64,000 nt of DNA from an uncultured Desulfobacterales bacterium (GTDB lineage Bacteria; Desulfobacterota; DSM-4660; Desulfatiglandales; HGW-15), in assembly GCA_964443135.1 (NCBI GenBank), contig CAYUBQ010000002.1:10888-74887 (forward strand). Direction: 5' to 3'. The first letter of the stretch is position 1; every line of letters starts with the position of its first letter. The notes beneath the pieces are model-generated. The model saw nothing but the letters and a program-made list of their open reading frames with translations. It made no database searches and was not told the origin of the DNA. Both the position numbers and the translations under genes were made by a program. Positions 33,344 to 42,482 of the stretch are shown piece after piece.

Positions 33344-35131
33344 ATGCTCTTTGACCTGCTCCTGTTCGGCTCTCTGGGCATCTTCCTGCTGGGAACGGCC
33401 TGGAAAATGTTCCCCTGGTTCTCCCGGGGGATCGGACCGGGCTCCCGGGGGATCCCACGGTCCCGAAGGGTCCGCGCCGCCCTTCTCGGCGCCGCCCGGA
33501 CCGTCTTCAGCCGGAACGTTCTGACCGTCTTTCGCGTCGTCCTCGTGGACGGCCTTCTCCAGTGGAGGATCCTCAAGGAGGACCGCCTCCGCTGGGTCAT
33601 GCACTTCTCCGTCTTCGCCGGGTTCATCCTGCTTCTCCTGATGCACGCCCTGGACGACCTGATCACGGCGAACCTGTTCGAATCCTACTACAGCACCGTC
33701 AACCCCTGGTTCTTCCTGCGGGACCTGGCCGGCGTGCTCGTGCTCGCGGGGCTCGCGCTGGCCGTGCTCCGGCGGACCGTCTGGAAGGTCCCCCGCCTGA
33801 GGACCCGGGCGCCGGACGTGATCGCCCTCGCCTTCCTGGCCCTGATCGTGGTCTCCGGCTTTCTGCTCGAGGGCGCCAAGATGGGCTCACACGACGCCTA
33901 CCTGCGCATGGTGGAGGAGTGGGCGGACCCGGACGCCGTCGATGAGGTCCGGGCCCTGGAGAGCTACTGGATCCAGGAGCTCGGGCTCTACGCCACGCAC
34001 CTCTCCCCGCCGTTCTCCGAGGACCGGCTGGCCCAGGGCCGCGAGCTCCACGAGATGAACTGCGCCTTCTGCCACGCCCCGTCCCAGTGGGCCTTTGCGA
34101 GCTACGGGGCGAACCGGGCCATGGCGCCTGCCGCCTCTTTCCTGGACCGGGTGGACGCGACCCTCGTCTTCTGGCACATCCACATCCTCGCCTGCTTCGC
34201 GGGGCTCGCCTACCTGCCCTTCAGCAAGATGTTCCACGTCGTCGCCACCCCAATCGGTCTCGTGGTCAGCAGGCTCACGGACCGGGAGCGCTCCGACGCG
34301 GCCAACGTCGCCACCCGTCAGGCCGTGGAGCTGGACGCCTGCACCCAGTGCGGGACGTGCAGCCTGAGATGCTCCCAGGCGGGTGCGGCCATGGCCATGG
34401 GCAACCCCTACATCCTTCCCTCGGAGCGAATGGCCTGTCTTCGGCGGGCGGGCCTGGGAGGCCGTCTCGAGCCGGCCGAGCGGGAGGCGATCCGCCGGGG
34501 CGCCGTCATCTGCTCCAACTGCGACCGGTGCACGGTGGTCTGCCCGTCGGGCATCAACCTGAAGGAGCTCTGGGTCTCAGTGCGGGAGGAGCTGATCCAG
34601 CAGGGGGACCCCGAGCCCGCCCTGCTCTCGCCGTTTTCCCATCTTCGCGGCCTCCGGAGGGACGATCTGGAGGCGGTGACGGACTACGCCCGTCCCCTGA
34701 GCCGGGCCCTGCACGTCCTCGTCCCCAACGGGAAGGCCCGAGCGCCCGAGGTCGAGGCCCCGCCCCTGGACCTGACGGAGCAACCGGACATGCCGGTGGA
34801 CCCCGACCTGGAGTCGGGGCACTTCGCCGACTGCTTCGGCTGCCGGACCTGCACCTCCGTCTGCCCTGTGGTGGGCAACTACGAGGACCCCGAGCAGACC
34901 CTCGGGCTCCTGCCCCACCAGATCATGTACTGCCTGGCCCTCGGGATGCCGGCCATGGCTTCCCGGTCCCGCATGCTCTGGGACTGCGTCACCTGCTACC
35001 AGTGCGAGGAGCACTGCCCGCAGGGCGTGCGCATCACGGACATCCTCTACACGCTGAAGAATCGCGCCGTTCGGGTCGAGGCAGGCCGCGCTGCGCCTTC
35101 CCCGGCCGAGGAGCGGACCGGGCCGGCCTAG
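33344..35131 (+). CDS. fusion protein: NarI/HdrE/DsrM-like 5-TM cytochrome-b-type membrane domain (with a CXXCH loop) plus a cytoplasmic domain with four CxxCxxCxxxC iron-sulfur motifs (HdrC-like)
   Basis: TM helices with positive-inside loops and a terminal-helix motif LPFSKMFH. Cys motifs are CTQCGTCSLRC, CSNCDRCTVVCP, CFGCRTCTSVCP and CVTCYQCEEHCP. ATG 33344 preferred (GGAGG 9 nt upstream) over the track start at 33338. Confidence 0.8.
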   Translation: MLFDLLLFGSLGIFLLGTAWKMFPWFSRGIGPGSRGIPRSRRVRAALLGAARTVFSRNVLTVFRVVLVDGLLQWRILKEDRLRWVMHFSVFAGFILLLLMHALDDLITANLFESYYSTVNPWFFLRDLAGVLVLAGLALAVLRRTVWKVPRLRTRAPDVIALAFLALIVVSGFLLEGAKMGSHDAYLRMVEEWADPDAVDEVRALESYWIQELGLYATHLSPPFSEDRLAQGRELHEMNCAFCHAPSQWAFASYGANRAMAPAASFLDRVDATLVFWHIHILACFAGLAYLPFSKMFHVVATPIGLVVSRLTDRERSDAANVATRQAVELDACTQCGTCSLRCSQAGAAMAMGNPYILPSERMACLRRAGLGGRLEPAEREAIRRGAVICSNCDRCTVVCPSGINLKELWVSVREELIQQGDPEPALLSPFSHLRGLRRDDLEAVTDYARPLSRALHVLVPNGKARAPEVEAPPLDLTEQPDMPVDPDLESGHFADCFGCRTCTSVCPVVGNYEDPEQTLGLLPHQIMYCLALGMPAMASRSRMLWDCVTCYQCEEHCPQGVRITDILYTLKNRAVRVEAGRAAPSPAEERTGPA

Positions 35132-35186
35132 GGGACGGTACAGTGAAACGACCCCCAGGGGGTCCCGAGACAACACGGAACCAGAC

Positions 35187-36020
35187 ATGAAGACCTATGC
35201 ACTCTACCTGGGCTGCAACATCCCCGCGCGGGTCCAGTCCTACGAAACGGCGTCCCGCGCGGTCCTGGAGAGGCTCGGGGTTCGGCTCCTCGACAGTCGG
35301 GAGTTCGCCTGCTGCGGATACCCGCTGAGGAACCTGGACCGGGGCGCCTATCTCCTCTCCGCCGCCCGCAACCTGGCCCTGGCCGGCCGCACGGGACACG
35401 ACATGCTGGTCCTGTGCAGCTGCTGCTTCGGCTCCCTCAAGGCCGCGCAGCACCAGCTCCGCCGTTACCCGGAAGCGCGCAGGGAGGCGGACCGGAGGCT
35501 CCGCCGGGAAGGTCTCCGTTACGACGGCGACATCGAGGTCAAGCACCTTCTGAGCGTCCTCCGGCACGACGTCGGGCTGGAGGCCCTGAAGACCCACATC
35601 AGACGTCCATTCGAAGACCTCAGGATCGGGGCGCACTACGGGTGCCACGTCCTTCGGCCCAGCCACGTCACGGAGTTCGACGACCCCGTCGCACCCACCC
35701 TGTTCGAGGCCCTCGTCGAGGTCACCGGGGCCCAGTGCGTCGAGTGGGACCCGCGGATGGACTGCTGCGGGGCGCCCCTGCTGGGCGTGAACGACGAGCT
35801 CAGCCTGGACCTGACGCGCGGCAAGCTGAGGAAGGCCGCCGAGGCCGGGGTGGACCACCTGTGCACGGCCTGCCCCTACTGCCAGCTTCAGTTCGAAACG
35901 GTCCAGCGGAAATGGATCGCGGGAAACGGAAGCGGCACACCGGCGGTGGCCTCCCTGGTCTACCCCGAGCTGCTGGCCCGCTGCATGGGCCTGGAAGACG
36001 AACGGTTGAAACGGCCATAA
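35187..36020 (+). CDS. hdrB: heterodisulfide reductase subunit B-like (two CCG domains)
   Basis: LGCNIP...ACCGYP...LCSCC and YGCHVL...DCCGAPLL...CTACPYC. Confidence 0.88.
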   Translation: MKTYALYLGCNIPARVQSYETASRAVLERLGVRLLDSREFACCGYPLRNLDRGAYLLSAARNLALAGRTGHDMLVLCSCCFGSLKAAQHQLRRYPEARREADRRLRREGLRYDGDIEVKHLLSVLRHDVGLEALKTHIRRPFEDLRIGAHYGCHVLRPSHVTEFDDPVAPTLFEALVEVTGAQCVEWDPRMDCCGAPLLGVNDELSLDLTRGKLRKAAEAGVDHLCTACPYCQLQFETVQRKWIAGNGSGTPAVASLVYPELLARCMGLEDERLKRP

Positions 36021-36074
36021 CCCCCCGGGGGAGCCCTTCGAGGGGCGAAGCCGGGGTCTCATCCGGAGCGGAAC

Positions 36075-39000
36075 GTGAAACGCGAAGAAACAGGCGCGGT
36101 ACTGGTTGTTGGAGGGGGAATCACCGGAATGCAGTCGGCGCTGGACCTGGCCAACTCCGGTTTTTTCGTCTATCTCGCGGAGCGATCGAGCTCGATCGGG
36201 GGAATGATGTCCCAGCTGGACAAGACCTTCCCCACCAACGACTGTGCCATGTGAATCATCTCGCCCAAACTGGTCGAGGTCGGCCGGCACATCAACATCG
36301 AGCTGCTCACGCTCACCGAGGTCAAGGAGATCACCGGGGAGCAGGGGGACTTCCAGGTCCGCGTGGTCCGGCACCCCCGGTACGTGGACGTGGACAAGTG
36401 CATCGCCTGCGGCGCCTGCACCGAGAAGTGCCCCCGCAAGGTCCCGGACGAGTACAACGAGAGCCTGGTCCCCAGAAAGGCGATCTACGTGAAGTACGCC
36501 CAGGCCGTTCCCCTCAAGTACGCCATCGACCCGGAGCAGTGCATCAAGCTGACCCGGGGGAAGTGCGGGAACTGCGCCAAGGTGTGCCCCACCGGGGCGA
36601 TCGACTACGAGGACACGGAGAAGGAGAACGTCCTTCGGGTCGGCGCCGTGGTGCTCGCCGACGGATCGGAGACCTACGACCCCGGGGGGCACGACACCTA
36701 CGGCTACAGGAAGAACCCCGACGTGGTCACCAGCATCGAGTTCGAACGGATGCTCTCCGCCTCGGGTCCCAGCGGGGGACACCTGGTCCGCCCTTCGGAC
36801 GGGAAGGAGCCGTCCCGGATCGCCTGGCTCCAGTGCGTGGGATCCAGGGAGCCGGCCCTGGGAAACCGCGGCTACTGCTCCGGCGTCTGCTGCACCTACG
36901 CGGTCAAGGAGGCGGTGCTGGCCAAAGAGCACTGCGGGGGGGACCTGGACGCGGCCGTCTTCTACATCGACATCCGAACCACCGGAAAGGACTTCGAGCG
37001 CTACTACGAGCGCGCCAGGGAGGAGCAGGGGGTCCGCTTCGTCAAGGCCAGGATCTCGCACCTCGCCAGGCGGAACGGGTCGAACCTCATTCGCTACGTG
37101 GACGAAGCGGGCAAGCGGGTCGAAGAGCCTTTCGACATGGTGGTCCTCTCCGTAGGCCTCGGCGCGAACCGGAAGAGCGCCGAGCTGGCCGAGACCCTGG
37201 GCGTCCAGATGGACCCCTACCGGTTCGTGAGCACGAGCAGCTTCCACCCGGTTCGGACCTCGAGGCCCGGGATCTACGTCTGCGGCGCCCACCAGGCGCC
37301 CAAGGACATCCCCTCCTCCGTGGTGGACGCCAGCGCGGCCGTCGTCGAGGTGGCCGCCGATCTGGCCGACACGCGCTGGACGCTCACCCGGACCGCCGAG
37401 CTCCCCGAGGAGCGGGACGTGCGCGGCGCCCCCCCGCGGATCGGGGTGTTCGTCTGCTGCTGCGGCACCAACATCGCCGGGGTCGTGGACGTTCCTTCGG
37501 TCGTGGAGTACGCCCGGTCCCTGCCCGGGGTGGCCTACGCGGAGGAGAACCTGTTCAGCTGCTCCCAGGACACCCAGGACAAGATGACCCGGATGATCCG
37601 GGAAAAAGGGCTCAACCGGGTGGTGGTGGCCGCCTGCACGCCCAAGACCCACGAGCCGCTCTTTCAGGAGACTTTGACCAGCGCGGGCCTGAGCAAGTAT
37701 CTCTTCGAGATGACCAACATCCGCAACCAGTGCTCCTGGGTACACCGGGACCAGCCCGAGGCCGCCACGCAGAAGGCCAAGGAGCTGGTCGCCATGTCCG
37801 TGGCCAAGGCGAGCCGCCTCACCCCCCTGAGCGAGCCGGTCCTGGAGATCACCCCGACCGCCCTGGTCGTCGGGGGCGGCATCGCCGGCATGGAGGCGGC
37901 GAGGAGCCTCGCCAACCAGGGGTACCCCACCTACCTGGTCGATCGGAACCGGCGTCTCGGGGGGCAGGCCCTGACCCTTCACGAGACGTGGAGAGGGGAG
38001 TCGATCCAGGCCTATCTCTCCGAGCTGATCGAGGACGTCGAGCTGCACCCCGGGATCCAGATCTTCCTGAAGGCCGAGGTGGACGAGGTGGACGGGTTCG
38101 TCGGCAACTTCCGGACCATGATCCGCCAGGGCCGCGAGAGCCGGATGATCGAGCACGGCGTGACCATCGTGGCCACCGGCGCGCTCGAGTACAAGCCGCG
38201 CGAGCACCTCTACGGGGAGCACCCCAACGTGGTCACCGGACTGGAGCTCCAGGACCGGCTGATCCGGGAGGACCCCTCGCTTCGCGAAGCCCGGACCGCG
38301 GTGTTCCTCCAGTGCGTCGGGTCCCGCATCCCGGAACGCCCTTACTGCTCCAAGGTGTGCTGCACCCAGTCCATCAAGAGCGCGCTGGCCCTGAAGGGGA
38401 TCAACCCTTCCATGCGGATCTTCGTCGTCTACCGGGACATGCGGCCCTACGGGCTGAGGGAGGACCTGTACCGGAAGGCGAGGGAGGCGGGCATTATCTT
38501 CATCCGCTACAGGTCGGAGGAGGGCTTCGACGTGGTCTTGGAGGACGGGCGACTGCGGACGGCCTTCACGGACACCGGCCTGCACCGGAAGATGGAGATC
38601 CACCCGGACCTCCTGGTGCTGGCCTCCGCCGTGGTCCCGAGCGAGCAGTCGCGGCTCGCTCAGCAGTTGAAGATCTCCCGGAACGACGACGGGTTCTTTG
38701 CGGAGGCCCACGTCAAGCTTCGCCCGGTCGACTTTTCCACCGAAGGGGTCTTTGTCTGCGGGCTGAGCCACGCCCCCAAGCCCGTGGACGAAAGCATCGC
38801 CCAGGCCCAGGCTGCGGCGGCCAGGGCTGCGACCCTTCTTGCGGCCGGGCGGATCCCGGTGAGCGGAACGGTGGCGGCCGTGGATCCGGATCTGTGCAGC
38901 ATGTGCGGAGTATGCGCTTCCATCTGCCCCTACTCCGCTCCCGGCGTGGACGAAAAGACCGGCAGGATGAGCATCCAGAGCACCCTGTGCAAAGGCTGCG

Positions 39001-39089
39001 GGCTGTGCACAGCCTCCTGCCGGTCCGGGGCGATCCGGTTGAACGGCTTTGACAACAACCAGATCCTGGCGATGATCGAGCAGGTGTGA
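36075..39089 (+). CDS. hdrA: tandem HdrA-type FAD/Fe-S flavoprotein (QmoA-like module fused to a full HdrA/QmoB-like module), with in-frame TGA at 36252-36254 read as selenocysteine
   Basis: GTG 36075 (GGAG upstream) opens the same frame as track ORF 36363..39089. N-terminus is [19 protein letters not shown]...[20 protein letters not shown] second FAD fold is [19 protein letters not shown]. Also present are YCSGVCC and YCSKVCC motifs and four ferredoxin-type CxxCxxCxxxCP motifs. Confidence 0.75.
36258..36280 (+). promoter_or_regulatory. candidate bacterial SECIS hairpin downstream of the in-frame UGA
   Basis: AUCUCGCC / CAAACU loop / GGUCGAGGU, an 8-bp stem with one G-U pair and one bulged U, beginning 4 nt after the UGA. 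Confidence 0.35.
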
Positions 39090-39128
39090 CCGGGGCACGC
39101 CGCTCCGCCGGGGGAAAGGGAGGGCGCC

Positions 39129-39584
39129 ATGATCGAGATCATCCAGCTCAAGAGCATCCGCATGCTCGGCAATCTCACGGACGAGATGCTCGAGAAGATC
39201 CAGCCCGTCACCACCCTCGTGGATTTCCAGGCGGGGGAGTACATCTTCCGGGAGGGGGAGTACGCGGAGTACCTCTACTCGATCCTGGACGGGGAGGTGG
39301 GGCTGGAGACCGAGAAGAACCCTTCCAAACGCATTCTCGTCACCAAGATCAGCCGGTGCATGACCCTGGGCTTCTCGGCCCTCCTGGACACCGAGTACCG
39401 AAAGTACGTCGGGTTCGCCAAGGCGATCACCGACGTGAAGCTCTTCGCCTGGAAGGGCGTGGAGCTGGAGAAGCTCTTCGTCAACGACTACGAGATGGGG
39501 TTCCTGATCATGCGGCGCATCGCAAACACCATCCAGAAGCGACTCCAGATCACCAAGACCCAGCTCGTGGACATCTACCAGTAG
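39129..39584 (+). CDS. cyclic-nucleotide-binding (cNMP/Crp-type beta-barrel) domain protein without an HTH
   Basis: FQAGEYIFREGEYAEYLYSILDGEVGLE...RCMTLGFSALL, the cNMP-binding fold. At 151 aa there is no DNA-binding domain. Confidence 0.75.
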   Translation: MIEIIQLKSIRMLGNLTDEMLEKIQPVTTLVDFQAGEYIFREGEYAEYLYSILDGEVGLETEKNPSKRILVTKISRCMTLGFSALLDTEYRKYVGFAKAITDVKLFAWKGVELEKLFVNDYEMGFLIMRRIANTIQKRLQITKTQLVDIYQ

Positions 39585-39591
39585 CGCCTCG

Positions 39592-39620
39592 GCGGGGCGG
39601 GCCTCCAGGGTCCGCCCCGC
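39592..39620. terminator. GC-rich hairpin between convergent genes (possible bidirectional terminator)
   Basis: GCGGGGCGG (39592-39600) pairs with CCGCCCCGC (39612-39620) with an 11-nt loop. No U-tract. Confidence 0.3.
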
Positions 39621-39630
39621 TCTCTCGGGC

Positions 39631-41001
39631 CTACTCCTCGAAAGCGTCCAGGATCTTTGCGCGCCTTCGGAAGAACCCCGTACTCAACATGAGGTACACG
39701 AACCCGATTGCCACCCAGATGCCGCCCGCCGTCTTGGCCCTCGGGGAGAGGTTCACGAACAGGATCAGGCAGGTCAGGAAACCGAAGAACGGCACCAGCA
39801 GGTAGCGAACCGCGTCCCATCCCTTGCGTCTCTTCTGCCGGATGAAGTAGTGCGCGATCACCGACAGGTTCACCAGCATGAACGCAGAGAGGGCCCCGAA
39901 GTTGATCATGGTGATGATCGTCTCCATGTCCTGGGTCGCGCCGATGACCGCGATTCCGGCCAGGATCAGCAGGCTGTAGACAGGGGCCTTCGTGCGGGGA
40001 TGGAGATAGGCGAAGATCCGCCTGGGAAGCGCCTCGTCCCGGCCCATGCCATACAGGACCCGGGCCACCCCGGCCTGGGAGTCGATGGCGTTCGCCAGGG
40101 CCCCGGCGATCACGGAGATGCTCACGAAGGTGACGAGCGTTTGCCCTCCCGCCCGGCCGATCGCCTCGAAGAAGGCGGTGTCGGCGGACTCGAACAGGGT
40201 CCAGTCGGGGTGGACCGACTGGGCGCAGTAGGCCTGGAGGATGAAGAGAAAGGCCATGAAGAAACAGACGGAGATCGTGCCCCTGGAGAGCGTCTTCCCC
40301 GGCTCGTGGACCTCCTCGGCCAGGGTGGTCATGGCATCGAACCCCATGAAGGAGAAGCATGCGATGGAGGTGCCCAGCAGGAGGGCGCCCATCTCGAAGG
40401 TCTCGGGGTTGTAGAAAGGCAGCGTGGTGAACCCCCAACCCACGCCCTGGGCGAGCGAGGTGAAGGAGGAGACCACCGTGTACAGCACGGCCAGGAGCAT
40501 GAAGATCACCAGGAAGGCGTTCACCCGGGAAACGCTCTTCACGCCGAGGAGGTTCACCACGGTGATGAGGACGATGGCCGTGACCACGATCCCCCAGTAG
40601 GGCAGGCTCGGGAACATCATCTGCACGAAGATCCCCACCACGATGTAGTTCAGGATGGGAAACAGGGCATAGTCGAGCAGGATGGTCCATCCGGCGAAGA
40701 ACCCGGCATACGGGTGAATGGCGCGCTGGGTGTAGGTGAAGGCGGAACCCGCGATGGGGTAGGCCCCGGCCATCTGGCCGTAGCTGTAAGCGGTGAAAGA
40801 CATGGGAATCACGGCGATGAGGTAGGCCAGGGCCATGTGCCCCATAGAGGCGGCCGTGACCGCACCGAACACGATCACCGGCGCGATGGGAACCATCATA
40901 CCCACCCCGTAGATGAACACGCTCCAGAAACCCAACTCCCGCTTGAGCTCCTGCTCGTAGCCGAAACGCTCCAGGTTTTCGGTGCCTCTGTTCTCGCCCA
41001 T
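39631..41001 (-). CDS. APC-superfamily amino acid/polyamine permease
   Basis: 12-TM profile with N-terminal LKRELGFWSVFIYGVGMMVPIAP...AYSYGQMAGAYPIAGSAFTY, typical of the APC family. Confidence 0.85.
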   Translation of the reverse strand: MGENRGTENLERFGYEQELKRELGFWSVFIYGVGMMVPIAPVIVFGAVTAASMGHMALAYLIAVIPMSFTAYSYGQMAGAYPIAGSAFTYTQRAIHPYAGFFAGWTILLDYALFPILNYIVVGIFVQMMFPSLPYWGIVVTAIVLITVVNLLGVKSVSRVNAFLVIFMLLAVLYTVVSSFTSLAQGVGWGFTTLPFYNPETFEMGALLLGTSIACFSFMGFDAMTTLAEEVHEPGKTLSRGTISVCFFMAFLFILQAYCAQSVHPDWTLFESADTAFFEAIGRAGGQTLVTFVSISVIAGALANAIDSQAGVARVLYGMGRDEALPRRIFAYLHPRTKAPVYSLLILAGIAVIGATQDMETIITMINFGALSAFMLVNLSVIAHYFIRQKRRKGWDAVRYLLVPFFGFLTCLILFVNLSPRAKTAGGIWVAIGFVYLMLSTGFFRRRAKILDAFEE

Positions 41002-41091
41002 CCTTTTCCTCCTCTGGTGATTGGCGTTTTCCCGCAGGTCGTTCTCAGGCCGTTCCTTCAGAGGGATCTGCAGAGTACCTCCAGCCGTGGG

Positions 41092-42276
41092 CTACCCCTC
41101 CGGTTCCCAGAGCTTCTGGATCTCGCGCCAGTCCTCCTCGGACGCCGGCGGAGACTGGCATCGGGCCCCCTCCGCCTCGTGGCAGGGAGGCGTAAAAGCT
41201 CCCCGCTCCATCAACCTCCGGATGTTGCCCCGGTAGATCTCGTCCACCTCCGCGTGATGCATGGGCTCCTGTTCCAACCACAGGTTCCGGGGGTGAATGG
41301 ACTTCTCGTACATGCGCTTGAACAGCTCGGTCCGCAGATCCTTGGTCCAGTTGCTGTTGAGGTTCATAACCCGGTACTGGCGCAGGCTCTCGATGTCGAT
41401 GATCGCGGCGACCATGGTGTTGCTGCCCGAGGCCTGGTAGGAGATGACCTCGCCACGGTAGTTCACGATGTGTGAGTTGCCTCCGCCCACGTCGAAAGGG
41501 TGCCGGATCTTCGGGTGGACGTAGACGGGTCCGACGTTGGGGCACAGCATGTAGACCGAGTTGAACTCCGCGTGGCCGCGGTTCTGGACCATCCAGCTTC
41601 CGCCGCCCGGGTAGCCGGACCCGGTCATGGGCATGGCCTCGCTCGGGCGGTAGACCAGCTCCGCGCCGTTGAGGGCCAGCGCGCGCACGGCCTCGGGGTA
41701 CTCCCCGTCGCTGCAGCAGATGGTGCCGATGTTCCCGACGTCTTCGGTCTTGAGCACCGGGTAGAAGGCGTCGATGTCGTCGCCGAACAGCTCCACCCAG
41801 CGGTCGTAGACGTCGTGCGGCGTGCAGGATCGCTCCCGGCACCAGACGTGGTTCTTGGCCGCCTTGTGAACCATCTGTCCCTGGGGATCGATCACGAACA
41901 TGGTGTTGAAGTAGCGATCGGCGATCACCTCGGGCCAGCGCGCCTTGCACTGGGCGATGATGTAGGTCTCGTACTCCCGGGCGAGGGCGGCGAGCCGGTC
42001 CGTCTCCTCGCCGGGAACCTCGATGAAGATCTCCCGGGCCGCGAGGGTGTGCGGGATGTCGAACACCTCGTCCGTGAAACCGGTGAGCGCACCCTCGGCC
42101 AGGGCGACGATCTTGACCGGCATGTTGATGTTCGTGATCTCCACCGCGGCCCGCAAAGCGTCCTCGATGTTGTCCAGGTTCTCGCGGATCTCGCTTCGCC
42201 GGCTCACACCGTGTACGATGGTCGAAAGGCCGATGGCCAGGTACGGGGGTATGGGCTTCTGCTGTGGGTTTTCCAT
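41092..42276 (-). CDS. carbon-nitrogen hydrolase (nitrilase superfamily amidase-like) with ~70-aa C-terminal extension
   Basis: E-K-C triad contexts ALAEGALTG, HKAAKNHVW, and IGTICCSDGEYPE. Start at MENPQQK (complement of 42274-42276) with AAGGAGAAGG upstream. Confidence 0.82.
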   Translation of the reverse strand: MENPQQKPIPPYLAIGLSTIVHGVSRRSEIRENLDNIEDALRAAVEITNINMPVKIVALAEGALTGFTDEVFDIPHTLAAREIFIEVPGEETDRLAALAREYETYIIAQCKARWPEVIADRYFNTMFVIDPQGQMVHKAAKNHVWCRERSCTPHDVYDRWVELFGDDIDAFYPVLKTEDVGNIGTICCSDGEYPEAVRALALNGAELVYRPSEAMPMTGSGYPGGGSWMVQNRGHAEFNSVYMLCPNVGPVYVHPKIRHPFDVGGGNSHIVNYRGEVISYQASGSNTMVAAIIDIESLRQYRVMNLNSNWTKDLRTELFKRMYEKSIHPRNLWLEQEPMHHAEVDEIYRGNIRRLMERGAFTPPCHEAEGARCQSPPASEEDWREIQKLWEPEG

Positions 42277-42323
42277 GAGGGCCTTCTCCTTCCGGAAATT
42301 TCCCGCTGGAGCCTTGGGAAAAG

Positions 42324-42344
42324 GGAATGAATGGGATTCATTCC
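42324..42344. promoter_or_regulatory. perfect 9-3-9 palindrome GGAATGAATgggATTCATTCC in the divergent gntR / CN-hydrolase control region (operator candidate)
   Basis: Exact inverted repeat 48 nt upstream of the hydrolase ATG, next to an unusually AT-rich patch (42361-42385). Confidence 0.45.
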
Positions 42345-42405
42345 TACCATATTGGGATGCCCAGTTCAATAATATATTAAATTGGGCTGATCAATCGAAG
42401 GCCCC

Positions 42406-42434
42406 TTGATTCCACCCGTGCGTCTCCATAGAAT
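42406..42434 (+). promoter_or_regulatory. sigma70-type promoter candidate for the GntR gene (TTGATT-N17-TAGAAT)
   Basis: Hexamers at 42406-42411 and 42429-42434. Confidence 0.45.
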
Positions 42435-42482
42435 GGGAGGGCCTCCACGCACAAACGGAAAGGCAACACATCAGGAGGACCC

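Noticed and set aside
35034-39098. 1354-aa minus-strand ORF, and the 1212-aa plus-strand ORF 35414..39052, covering the hdrB/hdrA region
   Set aside because: Both translations are Arg/Pro/Gly/Ala-rich low-complexity strings with no recognisable motifs. The third frame encodes textbook HdrB/HdrA motifs. These are typical shadow ORFs of high-GC DNA.
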